From: an uncultured Elusimicrobia bacterium
Lineage (GTDB): Bacteria > Elusimicrobiota > Elusimicrobia > 2-01-FULL-59-12
DNA: 64,000 bases
NCBI GenBank assembly: GCA_963702895.1
Contig: OY969767.1
Location: 192,001-256,000, forward strand
Direction: 5' to 3'
The position numbers were made by a program, and so were the translations under genes. The notes under the pieces were generated by a model, which saw only the letters and a list, made by a program, of their open reading frames with translations, was not told the origin of the DNA and did no database searches. Below are positions 10,764-20,453 of this stretch, in pieces (position 1 is the stretch's first letter; the number at the start of each line of letters is the position of its first letter).

Positions 10764-12928
10764 AGCGATTGCCTGAACGTTCGTCATCCTCCGCGGATGG
10801 AAGCGGGGGATCTATCGTGATGGATCCGACAGACGTCTGGCGGATGGCGTCAAGGGTGCTCTTCGTTGTTCTCTGCTCACTGTTCGCTGTGCGCTGTCCC
10901 AGCTGGGCTGCCAATGAAGCGTATTACAACTATCTGCAAGGGATGTCGGAAGAGCGTCAGGGCAACACCGCCAAGGCGCTGGAAGCCTATGAAAAGGCCG
11001 TACAGCAGGATCCCGAGGCCTTGCAGGTCTATCGTGATCTTGCCGAGCTCCGCTTGCGCATCGGTCAGGCGGATGCGGCCCATCAGGCGGCAGAGCGCGT
11101 CAAAGAACTCGCCCCGAAGGACCCCATGTCCTATATCTTTCTCGGCAATGTGCGGGTGGCCAAAGGGGACCTCGCGGGAGCAGCGGAAGCTTATGAGCAA
11201 GCCCTCAAACTGGACCCCACCAACCTTCGCGCGTTGGAAAACCTAGGCAATTACTACGCGTTGATACAGCCGGAGAAGGCGCTTTCTTATTACGAGCGGT
11301 ACCTTCGAATCAGTCCCCGGGACGCCGATATCCTTTTTCAGATGGCTGTTGTCCATCACAAGAGCGGTCAACTCAGCAAAGCAGAGAAGTCCTATAAAAA
11401 GTCCATTGAGCTGGAGCCCGACCAGTTGGCATCGCATCTCGCTTTAGCGGACCTTTACGAGCAGCAAAAAAGCACAGCGGCGGCCATTGCCGAATACGTC
11501 AGGGCAACGGAGATCCAGGCCGCCAATGCCCTCATTCTCACCCGTCTCGGGAACCTGTACTATAGGAACGCTCAGTTCGACGAGGCTTGGGACACATTTC
11601 AAAGCGCTGAAAAGGCGTCCCCGAGCGACCCCACGGTCCATTATTGGCTGGCGAGGACCGCGGAGGAAAAGAAGAATTGGAAAGCTGCTGCGATCCATGC
11701 GGAGCAGGCTTGGGACCTCTCGCAGGACCCCCAATTCCTGCCTCTCGTGGCTTATTACATGACCCTCCATCGCCAGCCCGACCAGGCCGTCAAGTATCTT
11801 GAGAAAGCCAAGGAGTACGATCCGACCAACGCCAATATTCTCCTCTTCCTTGGGATGAATTATATGGACCTCAATAAGCCGGATCTGGCGCGAGAAGCTT
11901 TGGCCAAAGGCGTATCCCTGTACCCCAAAGACGCGCAGATGCGTTTTCATCTCGGGTCGGCAGAAGATCGCCTGGGGAATTTCAGCGCCGCCGTAGAGCA
12001 GTTTAAGGCTATTCTTGAGATTGACCCGAACAACACGCCCGCAATGAATTACCTCGGCTACTCATGGGCGGAGCGCGGAGAGAACCTGGAGGAGGCCGAG
12101 AGGCTCTTAAGAAAAGTGGTCGCGGCTGAACCGGAAAGCGGCGCTTATCTCGACAGCCTCGGATGGGTGCGTTTCAAGAGGGGGGATCCTTGCGAGGCGC
12201 AAGCGTACCTGCAGAAAGCCATTCAGTATGCTTCGGATGCCGTGATCTTTGACCATCTGGGGGACGCGTATATGGGTTGTCAGCATAGGGAAGCGGCCCT
12301 TCAGGCCTGGTCGAAAGCGATCACGATGGACCCTAAAAACCAGGTGGTCCAGAACAAGCTCCAACAGGAGGCCAAGAAGTTCCTCGATTCCCCGGAGGCG
12401 AAGAAATATCCTCTCTTTCTTGAAGGAAATTTTAAACAGGCACAGAATTTGGCCAGCACCTTTTCGCTCAAAGCGCGCCTGGGAAGGCGTAAGCTGGCGA
12501 CATCCGGCTCCCTGGCTTACGAACAGCCAGATGCGATGACCCTGGATGTTGCTGCGACCGAGAAAACCGCGGCGGCCAAGTTTTCCATTCGCGGCGCCCA
12601 GCGCCAAGTGGAGCCACCCCAAGACCGATGCCCTCTTTGTCAGATGGCCTTTGATGGGATGAATACGTTGACGGAGTTTCTTTCCGGAAGGCTGACGGCG
12701 TCCTTGAAGCCTGTGCTGAAAACCAGCGGCGGTCTGCGAACACAGTTTGCGAAGCCCAACCCCAGCGGCGGTAAGGACATGGTGGAAGTCGTATCCTATG
12801 ATTATGTGGAAGGTCTTTGGCTTCCTGCGGAGATGCGTCTCACCAACGCGACGACGGGCTGGTCGGCAGAAATTCAATTTTCAGACTGGGCCATTCAGCC
12901 CTTAACACACGCACCCTCTCCACCATGA
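10760..12928 (+). CDS. Exported tetratricopeptide-repeat protein with a C-terminal beta-rich (LolA/LolB-like?) domain
   Basis: Many TPR units, MNYLGYSWA...YLDSLGW motif, position directly before ispE. Confidence 0.85.
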   Translation: MKRLPERSSSSADGSGGSIVMDPTDVWRMASRVLFVVLCSLFAVRCPSWAANEAYYNYLQGMSEERQGNTAKALEAYEKAVQQDPEALQVYRDLAELRLRIGQADAAHQAAERVKELAPKDPMSYIFLGNVRVAKGDLAGAAEAYEQALKLDPTNLRALENLGNYYALIQPEKALSYYERYLRISPRDADILFQMAVVHHKSGQLSKAEKSYKKSIELEPDQLASHLALADLYEQQKSTAAAIAEYVRATEIQAANALILTRLGNLYYRNAQFDEAWDTFQSAEKASPSDPTVHYWLARTAEEKKNWKAAAIHAEQAWDLSQDPQFLPLVAYYMTLHRQPDQAVKYLEKAKEYDPTNANILLFLGMNYMDLNKPDLAREALAKGVSLYPKDAQMRFHLGSAEDRLGNFSAAVEQFKAILEIDPNNTPAMNYLGYSWAERGENLEEAERLLRKVVAAEPESGAYLDSLGWVRFKRGDPCEAQAYLQKAIQYASDAVIFDHLGDAYMGCQHREAALQAWSKAITMDPKNQVVQNKLQQEAKKFLDSPEAKKYPLFLEGNFKQAQNLASTFSLKARLGRRKLATSGSLAYEQPDAMTLDVAATEKTAAAKFSIRGAQRQVEPPQDRCPLCQMAFDGMNTLTEFLSGRLTASLKPVLKTSGGLRTQFAKPNPSGGKDMVEVVSYDYVEGLWLPAEMRLTNATTGWSAEIQFSDWAIQPLTHAPSPP

Positions 12929-13758
12929 TTCGTCTCAAGGCTTGCGCCAAGATCAACTTCTTTCTTGAGATCACAGGCAAGCGTCCAGACGGTTACCACA
13001 CGCTCGAAACTGTTTTTCAAACCGTTTCCCTCGCCGATGAGCTCACTTTTTCGCCAGGAAGCGCACTGAGGCTCAGGTGCTCAGACCCCACCCTGCCTGT
13101 GGATGAGCGCAATCTGGTCATGCGCGCCGCGCTCAAGCTTCAGGAGGCCCTCCAGGAGCGGCGCGGCGCCAACATCTTTCTCAAGAAACTTGTTCCTAGG
13201 GGCGCGGGCTTGGGGGGTGGCTCAGCGGATGCAGCGGCTACCCTGCGCGGGCTTTTGAAACTCTGGAACCGGCGAACCGGGGAACCGGCGCTGAAGAAAA
13301 TAGCCGTAAGCCTTGGGGCGGATGTCCCCTTTTTCCTGAAGGGCGGGCTTTGCTTGGCGACGGGTATTGGTGAGGAGCTCAAGCCCCTGAAGCCACTCCC
13401 CAAGACCTGGATCGTCATCGTCTGGCCCGGCTTCGGCGTCTCCACGAAGGACGCTTATGCGAAAGTTCGTCTGCCTTTCGCCGACCCGCCGGTTCGCCGG
13501 TTCGCCGGTTCGCTTACACGACAACTTCCTGACCCGAGAACGAGTTTATTTAACCGCTTTGAGTCTCTCCTCTTCCCTTCTTATCCTGCCCTTCCCAAAC
13601 TCGAACAGGATCTCTTGGAGGCCGGCGCCGCGGCTGCGCTCATGTCCGGCTCAGGATCCGCGGTCTATGGCTTGGTGAGCTCACAGAAGGCCGGGCGGGA
13701 GGTCTTGGTTTTCCTTCAAAAGAAATATAATCACGTCTGGCTCGCGCACACGATTTAA
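12925..13758 (+). CDS. ispE: 4-diphosphocytidyl-2C-methyl-D-erythritol kinase
   Basis: AKINFFL, DGYH, GAGLGGGSADAA, GADVPFF, MSGSGS. Confidence 0.96.
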   Translation: MIRLKACAKINFFLEITGKRPDGYHTLETVFQTVSLADELTFSPGSALRLRCSDPTLPVDERNLVMRAALKLQEALQERRGANIFLKKLVPRGAGLGGGSADAAATLRGLLKLWNRRTGEPALKKIAVSLGADVPFFLKGGLCLATGIGEELKPLKPLPKTWIVIVWPGFGVSTKDAYAKVRLPFADPPVRRFAGSLTRQLPDPRTSLFNRFESLLFPSYPALPKLEQDLLEAGAAAALMSGSGSAVYGLVSSQKAGREVLVFLQKKYNHVWLAHTI

Positions 13759-13770
13759 TCCCGGGTGGTG

Positions 13771-14222
13771 TGGTTCGACTCGGCCGCGAGGAAGGCGGCC
13801 TCGCTCACCATGGGCAGGCCGAGGCGAACCAGGGTGAGCGAACGAACCAAAGGGAGGGAGTCGAACCCTTGACATGGTTTGTGTACATGTTGCTATGTTT
13901 GGATAAATCCATCTATATAGGCGTTACAAGTAACTTGGAGCGCCGACTCTATGAGCATCGATCAGGCCATGGAGCCAAGCATGTTCGATCAAAAGGGTTT
14001 GAAAAATTAATATGGTCTGAAAAACACAGTGACCAGCAATTGGCTGAAAAACGTGAAGCACAAATTAAGAGATGGACTCGAAGGAAGAAATTGGCTTTAG
14101 CATCTGGGGATTTGGAACTGTTGATGCGTTTGTAGCTCTTTCTCGGAAATGATTCGACCTGCTACTCTTTGTGTCGGGTGGTGAGCGAGCCCATTCGGCG
14201 TTGCTCAGGGCGAGTCGAACCA
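13771..14222. mobile_element. 452-bp GIY-YIG cassette with terminal inverted repeats and a 12-13 bp flanking direct repeat
   Basis: TGGTTCGACTCG (13771-13782) / CGAGTCGAACCA (14211-14222); TCCCGGGTGGTG at 13759-13770 and 14224-14235. Confidence 0.75.
13869..14135 (+). CDS. Small GIY-YIG nuclease (YhbQ/UPF0213-like), 88 aa
   Basis: FVYML...SIYIGVT..LERRL.EH..G.GA...KREAQIK.W.R.KK; TTG start with GGAGG upstream; AT-richer than flanks. Confidence 0.9.
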   Translation: MTWFVYMLLCLDKSIYIGVTSNLERRLYEHRSGHGAKHVRSKGFEKLIWSEKHSDQQLAEKREAQIKRWTRRKKLALASGDLELLMRL

Positions 14223-14223
14223 T

Positions 14224-14294
14224 TCCCGGGTGGTGTAATGGTAACACACATCCCTTTGGAGGATGTATTCCTGGTTCGAATCCAGGCCTGGGAG
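14224..14294 (+). tRNA. tRNA-Gln (TTG), CCA not encoded
   Basis: Acceptor TCCCGGG/CCTGGGA, anticodon arm CATCC-CTTTGGA-GGATG, T arm CCTGG-TTCGAAT-CCAGG; conserved ispE-tRNA-Gln-prs context. Confidence 0.95.
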
Positions 14295-14499
14295 GTCTTT
14301 CTTAAAGTTGTTGATACGTAACGGATTTGGAAATTCGGAGTTTGGAGGCGATACGTTCTCCGTCGAGAAAGTGGTTCCGCGCCACTGAGGCGTCGGCGCG
14401 CCCGCCGAGTCGTAGTGGCGGGGAATCCTAACCGGGGGTGCCTTGGAGGCAGTTACCGGCATGACGTGTGATTTGAGCGTTCGGGCCGTCCCGTTACGA

Positions 14500-14912
14500 A
14501 ATGATTTTGTAACGGGGCCTTTCTGGGACCGCTGCAAGATTCGCCAGACAGCCGTGCGCGACCATTTGCCGGCACGCTTGGTTTTGTGATCTTCCTTATT
14601 GAGGGTTCGAGCGATCTGTTCTGACGAGAATTTCTGTGACGCTAATGCCTGAATCCGCGCTATCCATTTTGCTTCAGTCTCATGTGCGGCGCGACCGTAG
14701 GGGTTCTGTTGAAATCCGAACGGAACGCGCCCCTGAGGCGAACACGTGCGTGTGTCGAGCTTTTCAACCTTCTCTTCCGGCGGCGGAGCCGGATTCTCCT
14801 TTTCTCGCTTCATTCGTTCGCAAATGCTCGCTTGCACCTCCATTATTCGAAGACCACGTTCTTCCGCTGTCAGATCTCTTGGATCAATCAGTCGATAATA
14901 TGATCGGATCAT
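14500..14912 (-). pseudogene. Recombinase DNA-binding domain (large serine recombinase type) with no catalytic domain; 3' end uncertain
   Basis: GGAGG RBS before ATG 14912; GRVPFGF...IARTLN...RAGKWSRTAVWRIL; the frame runs on antisense over the tRNA. Confidence 0.65.
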
Positions 14913-15187
14913 ATGGCCTCCATAAAAATGGATAGAAACGGGTCGTGTAGTACCTTCCCAAAATGACAAAGTCAAATGAGCAATCCACCCACTGACCATT
15001 TGAGAGAACGTCGCCAAGTAACCGCTTACCTGTTTGGGGGCCTTATCTCTGGTGGAATCATTTGGTTGTTTTGTGCTTTTAGGTGTGGATTGCTTGCAAA
15101 AGCAGTTCAGAAGTTAGGATGCAGCCTATGCGTTCTATGTGATAGTGCCGTCGGCGCCGGACATTCGAATGCCAATTATCTCTCCTG

Positions 15188-16597
15188 ATGTCGCGTTTTA
15201 GCAAAGTGCAATACTTTAAATATGTTGCGTTTGGAATTGTCGGTCTTTTCCTTTCATTTATCGGGATAGGGTCGTGGTGCCGGATGGTGTTCAAGGCAGA
15301 TAAGTCGTTGCTGTTGGAGGTGACCTCATCAAATTGGCGCACGACGACGTCGCTCAGTTCCTCGATGGAGACCGAATCCATATGGGTTAGAAACAAAGGC
15401 AGCAAATCCATTGACTCGCCACGATTAATCGTCAATGGCCGAAAGGACTGGTTTGACTTCAATAGCATATTGAAGGAAGCGCTTGGAACGGCAAAAACTG
15501 AACGGGAGCAAGCCACGGCACTATGGTCCTTTGTCGTCAAAAATCGCTACCAAGGGCCGCCATCGCACCTGGGAAAAGGCAATTACAGCCCCGTCCTCTT
15601 GTTTAATGCATACGGTCATGCGCTGTGTGACGATGCTGCGGTCACTCTGATCATGCTGGCACAGGCAGCTGGTCTTGAAGCGCGCGGTTGGACGTTAACG
15701 GGTCATATCATTTCAGAAATCAAGATTGATGACGAATGGGCCATGTTTGATCCCGCATACGGGTTGATCTCCCTGACGGCAGATGGTCACCGGATTCTTG
15801 GGGTTGAAGAAATCGAAAGCAATCCTGATGACTTTCTTCGTGGAGCTAATGATAAAAAGATGGCTAGAAATCTTATTCCCCTTTATGTTTCAACAAGCGA
15901 CAACGCGCCCTCTCCTCCCGGTCGTCGTCCCAAGCCTGACCGGCGCACGATGCGTGATGTGCTACGGCCCGGAGAGGATTTCGTCCGATCGCGAAAACAT
16001 TGGGGGAAATTCATCGCTTTTAGCGATGAAGAACCGGCCGTACATGGAAATGGGTCTTACGAATTCAGCGTAGACTGGCATCACGGGATCCGGCAGCTCG
16101 CCACGGATAAATCTGAAGGACTTATGGTGAGCGAACGGAACGGGCGCAGGGTCGTTGAACTTCAACAGGGCGTCTCTGAGGGATATCTTCAATGGGTGTT
16201 CGAGAGTCCGTATCCCTATGTCGATGCAAGCTTTGAATTGGATGCCATGGTGACAGATCCGCAGGCATCTGTAGAAGCATACATGTCACTTGATGGAGTC
16301 AGGTGGGAGTCTTTGGTACGTACTGCCGAGAGCGGTGTCCACGTAGTTCCTTTTGGTCATCTTTTACGGTCTCTACGCGAACCGCCGAAACATCAATTTT
16401 TCTTGCGCGTTAAGCTTCAGGGGCATAGTCCGGGCAACGTGCAACTCAAACACATCACTCTCCGGAGAGAAGTTCAAGTCGCGCCAGCAGCCTTCCCAGA
16501 TTTCCGAAGAGGGACAAACGAGATTTTGTTCCGGTCGGCGAGGAGCGGTCCCGTTGACGTTGAAGTTGAATTCAAATTAAGGTCGATCCCCTTTTGA
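15188..16597 (+). CDS. Membrane-anchored transglutaminase-like (Cys-His-Asp) protein
   Basis: N-terminal TM; ALCDDAA...GLEAR...GHIISE....W..FDP. Confidence 0.65.
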   Translation: MSRFSKVQYFKYVAFGIVGLFLSFIGIGSWCRMVFKADKSLLLEVTSSNWRTTTSLSSSMETESIWVRNKGSKSIDSPRLIVNGRKDWFDFNSILKEALGTAKTEREQATALWSFVVKNRYQGPPSHLGKGNYSPVLLFNAYGHALCDDAAVTLIMLAQAAGLEARGWTLTGHIISEIKIDDEWAMFDPAYGLISLTADGHRILGVEEIESNPDDFLRGANDKKMARNLIPLYVSTSDNAPSPPGRRPKPDRRTMRDVLRPGEDFVRSRKHWGKFIAFSDEEPAVHGNGSYEFSVDWHHGIRQLATDKSEGLMVSERNGRRVVELQQGVSEGYLQWVFESPYPYVDASFELDAMVTDPQASVEAYMSLDGVRWESLVRTAESGVHVVPFGHLLRSLREPPKHQFFLRVKLQGHSPGNVQLKHITLRREVQVAPAAFPDFRRGTNEILFRSARSGPVDVEVEFKLRSIPF

Positions 16598-16653
16598 TCT
16601 ACCGAACCCGCATTATTGGGCAGATGAGTTCGTGCAGACCGCTGGAGGGGATT

Positions 16654-17150
16654 TTAAAGGCTCCCCATTCGGCAAAGAAGATCGAGGGGCCGAACGCAAG
16701 AAGAAACCGGAAGGGTAATTCCCGGTTTGGGCGGGTCTATCAACCGATCAAACACTCTGAGTTGAAGATCCTGATCCCGGATTCGGGCCAGTCGGTGCTA
16801 GTCACGGTCTGTAATAACTGGGTGATGTGTGGTAGGCGGAAGTCCGCGGATGTAGCTCTGGATTTCGGGGGCCAGCTTGGTCAGGTTTAGAAGCCGGGTT
16901 GTTTGGGAGGGGTCCATCCCGGTTTCTCTAGCCAAAGCGGATCTTGTCAGGCCGGGGGTGGACTCCAGGCGCTCTTTAAGCAGGTAAGCTTTTTTCAGGA
17001 GCCTTGGATGGGCGGCGATCGGGGCGGCTGGTAGCGTCGCTGCCGTTTTTTGACCGCCTCCGCCTGGTCGGGGCGCAGAAGCCATTTCTGTCCGCGGACT
17101 CCATTGGCGCGGCCAAAGGTGGATTCGTCCAGGAGCAAAAATTGGGCTGT
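16654..17150 (-). pseudogene. ParB-like HTH protein relic of the type often found beside serine recombinases
   Basis: RSALARETGMDPSQTTRLLNLTKLAPEIQ; in-frame TAG at 16798-16800 followed by HRLARIRDQDLQLRVFDRL; frameshift near 17010. Confidence 0.55.
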
Positions 17151-17229
17151 CCAGCCCAGATTCTGACTCAGCTCGTTGCTGTATTTCCGGTTGGAGTATG
17201 GTTTACAATCAAAGCGAGGGAGCCAATTT

Positions 17230-17685
17230 ATGATAAAAGTCCTGATCGCCATAATCTTTGTGATGAGCTTTCTTCCGCTCTTGACGGGGTGCGGAAAGAC
17301 AGACAATAAAAGCGTTCTTCCGGACGCCTCGACGCATTCTCAGGAACCCCTTGCGCTCTCCAGTGAAGGAAGGAAAAATCCTCTTCCCTCGGGGGGCTAT
17401 TTTACATGGCGCTTTGATAAGAAACCGCAGCTCGGCCTCTTGATCGTCATCGTCCAGGCGTACTCCAAGGACGGCAAGAAAGAAAGCCCCTACGAGATCA
17501 GCGGCGACTATGGAATGCCCAGCATGAGCGCCCACGATTCCGGCGAGGTCCTCTTTCAGATGAACAAGAAGGGCGATTATCTCCTGCCGGCTCAGATCTC
17601 CATGCCTGGGCTATGGCAAATCGTCCTTCGGATCAAACACGGCGGGAAACAAATTCTGGTTGGAAAAATAATTTTTGAGGTTTAG
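17230..17685 (+). CDS. Lipoprotein, YtkA/FixH-like
   Basis: Lipobox LTGC; DYGMPSM..H and MPGLWQI motifs. Confidence 0.65.
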   Translation: MIKVLIAIIFVMSFLPLLTGCGKTDNKSVLPDASTHSQEPLALSSEGRKNPLPSGGYFTWRFDKKPQLGLLIVIVQAYSKDGKKESPYEISGDYGMPSMSAHDSGEVLFQMNKKGDYLLPAQISMPGLWQIVLRIKHGGKQILVGKIIFEV

Positions 17686-18652
17686 GACCCTTCTTCTTTC
17701 TCTGTTCCTCTTCTCCAGTGCCAGGGTGCATGCCGATTCAAGCCTGCTGTTTTTGGAGGCGCAAATGGTGGGCGGTTATTCCTCCCTCATGGACCAAGAG
17801 ATCTATTACTCCAAGAGTCAGGAAGATGTCATGCAAAAACCCTCGATCGGAGCCGATTGGGTCCAAAAGCTTTCCGGTGAAACGGGGGACTGGGGGACCC
17901 TCGCCCTCCAGGGACGCCTGGCCTACGACCACGAGGGACATCCCACGATTGAACCTCAACTGTACAATGCCTATTTCCGGGTCAAAACGCCTTACGCGTA
18001 TACCTGGGTCGGGCATAACCGGGTGCCCGTCGGCCTTGAATCCTACTTCGACACGCACGGCCTTCTTCTTCAATCTTTGCCGATGAGCGGGTTCGGGTTC
18101 GACCGGGATTGGGGGGTGGGAGCTTCTCGCGATTTCAGCTGGGGGGATGCCGCCTTATCCTTCACGTCGGGAACGGGAATGCCGCTTCGCTTGGAAGGCA
18201 ACTACCTCTTTTCGGGCCGTGTGGCCAAAGGGGCGCTGAACCGGGATAATTACACCTACGGCCTTTACGGAACGGTAGGTCAAATCCCCGACATCATGGG
18301 GTATCACATCATCGACTCGGCGTTGACGGATTATGGATTTCTGGGGGTGGACCTGGCCTACGTATGGGACCGATTGGAATGGCGGGCCGATCTTCGCAAA
18401 GGGGAGAAAGGGGGTTCCTCAGCCTACGCCGCGTTGGTACGTTTTGGGATTAATTTCCTCGATGAAAATCGGCTGAAGCTGGAATTCCAGCCAATCTTTA
18501 CGAAAGAATCCGGCCAGAAGGATCACTCTCTCGCCGGAAATCTTTCCTATATTCTCACTCCTGATTTGACTTGTCGTTCGCTCTACGAATACGAAAAGAA
18601 TGATAACGATCACCGCATCGTTTTCCAGATGTACTATTACGTGAAGCTATGA
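17675..18652 (+). CDS. Exported, probable outer-membrane beta-barrel protein
   Basis: Signal peptide, alternating aromatic strands, C-terminal FQMYYYVKL. Confidence 0.6.
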   Translation: MRFRTLLLSLFLFSSARVHADSSLLFLEAQMVGGYSSLMDQEIYYSKSQEDVMQKPSIGADWVQKLSGETGDWGTLALQGRLAYDHEGHPTIEPQLYNAYFRVKTPYAYTWVGHNRVPVGLESYFDTHGLLLQSLPMSGFGFDRDWGVGASRDFSWGDAALSFTSGTGMPLRLEGNYLFSGRVAKGALNRDNYTYGLYGTVGQIPDIMGYHIIDSALTDYGFLGVDLAYVWDRLEWRADLRKGEKGGSSAYAALVRFGINFLDENRLKLEFQPIFTKESGQKDHSLAGNLSYILTPDLTCRSLYEYEKNDNDHRIVFQMYYYVKL

Positions 18653-19269
18653 ACAAGCTCCTTCTGATCGTCTGTCTCTTCCTGTCGCCATCGATGGCCT
18701 TGGCGGCGGTCGGCTGCGAATTAAATGATCCGGATCGGGACATCGCCCGGCTGTTCCCTGTGTCTTCCGGCTATAAAACGGTTTACCTTTCCATCAAAAC
18801 GTCGGGCGGTGAAGCGATGCTCCGGCGTGTCGAAGAACGACTGGGGGACTCTTTCCATGGACTCTACGAGACCATCGATGTCCCCTATACGCTTTATGAA
18901 GTGCACAAGGGCAAAGAAAGAATCGGCTATGTCCATGGCGTGAACCAAAAAGGAGAGTACGGAGGGATCCAGGTCTTTCTCTCCCTTGAAGCCGATGGGG
19001 CCATCAAATCCCTTTTTATCCAGAAGCTGACGTCAAAAGCAGCCAAGGAGCTCCGTTCAAAACAGTTCGGGTCTCAGTTCGAGCGACTGAGCCTGAAGGA
19101 TTTCCAGGCCTATCATCCCGCCTCTGGCCAGCTGCCATCAAGCGGTTCACTCGCGGCCCTGAAAAACCCCGCGCCGGCGGCCGGCAGGGATTTCCAGCAC
19201 GTCCTTCGCGCGGTTAAGAAAAACCTCATTCTGATGGATGAATTTGTTTTTTCCGGAAAGAACAAATGA
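18649..19269 (+). CDS. Exported protein, FMN-binding-domain-like
   Basis: Signal peptide; IGYVHGVNQKGEYGGIQVFLSL pattern; operonic overlap. Confidence 0.5.
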   Translation: MNKLLLIVCLFLSPSMALAAVGCELNDPDRDIARLFPVSSGYKTVYLSIKTSGGEAMLRRVEERLGDSFHGLYETIDVPYTLYEVHKGKERIGYVHGVNQKGEYGGIQVFLSLEADGAIKSLFIQKLTSKAAKELRSKQFGSQFERLSLKDFQAYHPASGQLPSSGSLAALKNPAPAAGRDFQHVLRAVKKNLILMDEFVFSGKNK

Positions 19270-20453
19270 ACATTTACTCCGTGGCGTATAAAAATCTCCT
19301 GCGCAAGAAAACCCGCGCGGTGTTGACCGCCGGTGGAATTGCCCTGTCGGCTTGGGTCTTGGTCACTCTGCTGGGTTTTAACCGGGGGTACGAACAGAGC
19401 CTGAATCGGGACATCGACAACATGGGTTTTCAGGTCTTGCTGACGGCCAAGGGCTGCCCGTATGAAGCCGCCACCCTCATGCTCAAGGGCGGCACGGGCC
19501 TCCGCTACATCAACGAAGGGATGGTCAACACCGTCACCGCCCATTCCGAAGTCGACCGTGTGACCCCGATGCTGATGCAAGCCGTGTTTGATCCGAACAA
19601 GGGAGACAACGGCGCCGTGGCCGCTTATCTCGGCGTGGATGCTCTGAGCTTCCCCCCGATGAAACGGTATCTGGAGTTCAAACAAGGAGGGTGGTTCAAG
19701 GACAACAACGCCCGCGAAGCGGTTCTCGGATACGAAGCGGCGGAGCTGGAGCAGCGGGAAATCGGCGACAAACTGCTCATCCCGGGCATCGATGCCGAAG
19801 TCCGTGTGGCGGGAGTGCTCAAACGCTCCGGCACACAGGACGATGGGACCATTTTTCTTCCGATTGGCACGGTGCAGACCCTGTTTTCAAAGAAAGGACA
19901 GCTGACCGCCCTCGGCATCAAAGTGAAAAAAGACACAGATATGAACGCTTTTGAAAATCGGCTTTATGATTTGCCCGATGTGCAGGTCGTTTCGTTGGCG
20001 CAGGTGAAAGCCACGATCATGGGGCTCATCTCCAGCGCCAAAGTGATCGTCCTGGCACTGGCGCTCATTGCGGTGATCATCGCCATGGCCGGGGTGATCA
20101 ATACCATCCTGATGTCGGTCCTGGAGCGCTACGGCGAAATCGGGATCATCAAAAGCATGGGGGCGATGCCCCGGGATGTCTTCAAAATGATCTGGACCGA
20201 AACCGCCCTTCTCTGTTCGGTGGGTGGATTGACGGGGATTCTTTTGTCTCTGGCGACCGCCAGGCTCTCCGAAGCAGCGATCCGGCACTTTCTTCCCTAC
20301 GCCCCCACGGGCGCCCTGGTGATCCTGGATGGGAGGATCGCGGTGTTTGCCTTCCTGATGATCCTCTCGGCGGGACTGTTGAGCGGGCTCTATCCAGCTT
20401 GGCGCGCTTCGCGGGTGCGCCCGCTGGAGGCGATGCGGGCAGAGAGCGACTGA
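19266..20453 (+). CDS. ABC transporter permease (MacB/FtsX family)
   Basis: KNLLRKKTR..LT, NTILMSVLER..EIGIIKSMGA, GLYPAWRAS. Confidence 0.92.
   Translation: MNIYSVAYKNLLRKKTRAVLTAGGIALSAWVLVTLLGFNRGYEQSLNRDIDNMGFQVLLTAKGCPYEAATLMLKGGTGLRYINEGMVNTVTAHSEVDRVTPMLMQAVFDPNKGDNGAVAAYLGVDALSFPPMKRYLEFKQGGWFKDNNAREAVLGYEAAELEQREIGDKLLIPGIDAEVRVAGVLKRSGTQDDGTIFLPIGTVQTLFSKKGQLTALGIKVKKDTDMNAFENRLYDLPDVQVVSLAQVKATIMGLISSAKVIVLALALIAVIIAMAGVINTILMSVLERYGEIGIIKSMGAMPRDVFKMIWTETALLCSVGGLTGILLSLATARLSEAAIRHFLPYAPTGALVILDGRIAVFAFLMILSAGLLSGLYPAWRASRVRPLEAMRAESD

Noticed and set aside
13869..13899. TTGACA...TATGTT promoter inside the GIY-YIG gene start (and TTGACA at 62659)
   Set aside because: The spacing is 19 bp in the first case and the -10 match is poor in the second; neither is supportable from sequence alone.
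13759..14294. tRNA split by a group I intron with a homing endonuclease
   Set aside because: The downstream tRNA is complete and its 5' 12-13 nt are duplicated; introns do not duplicate exon sequence, and I recognised no group I core.
14205..14500. C-terminal part of the 270-aa minus-strand ORF
   Set aside because: It runs antisense through tRNA-Gln with no domain similarity and is likely read-through of a decayed gene.
16798..16800. In-frame TAG as stop-codon recoding
   Set aside because: The same relic also has a frameshift, and TAG is used as a normal stop elsewhere (glmS, HAD).
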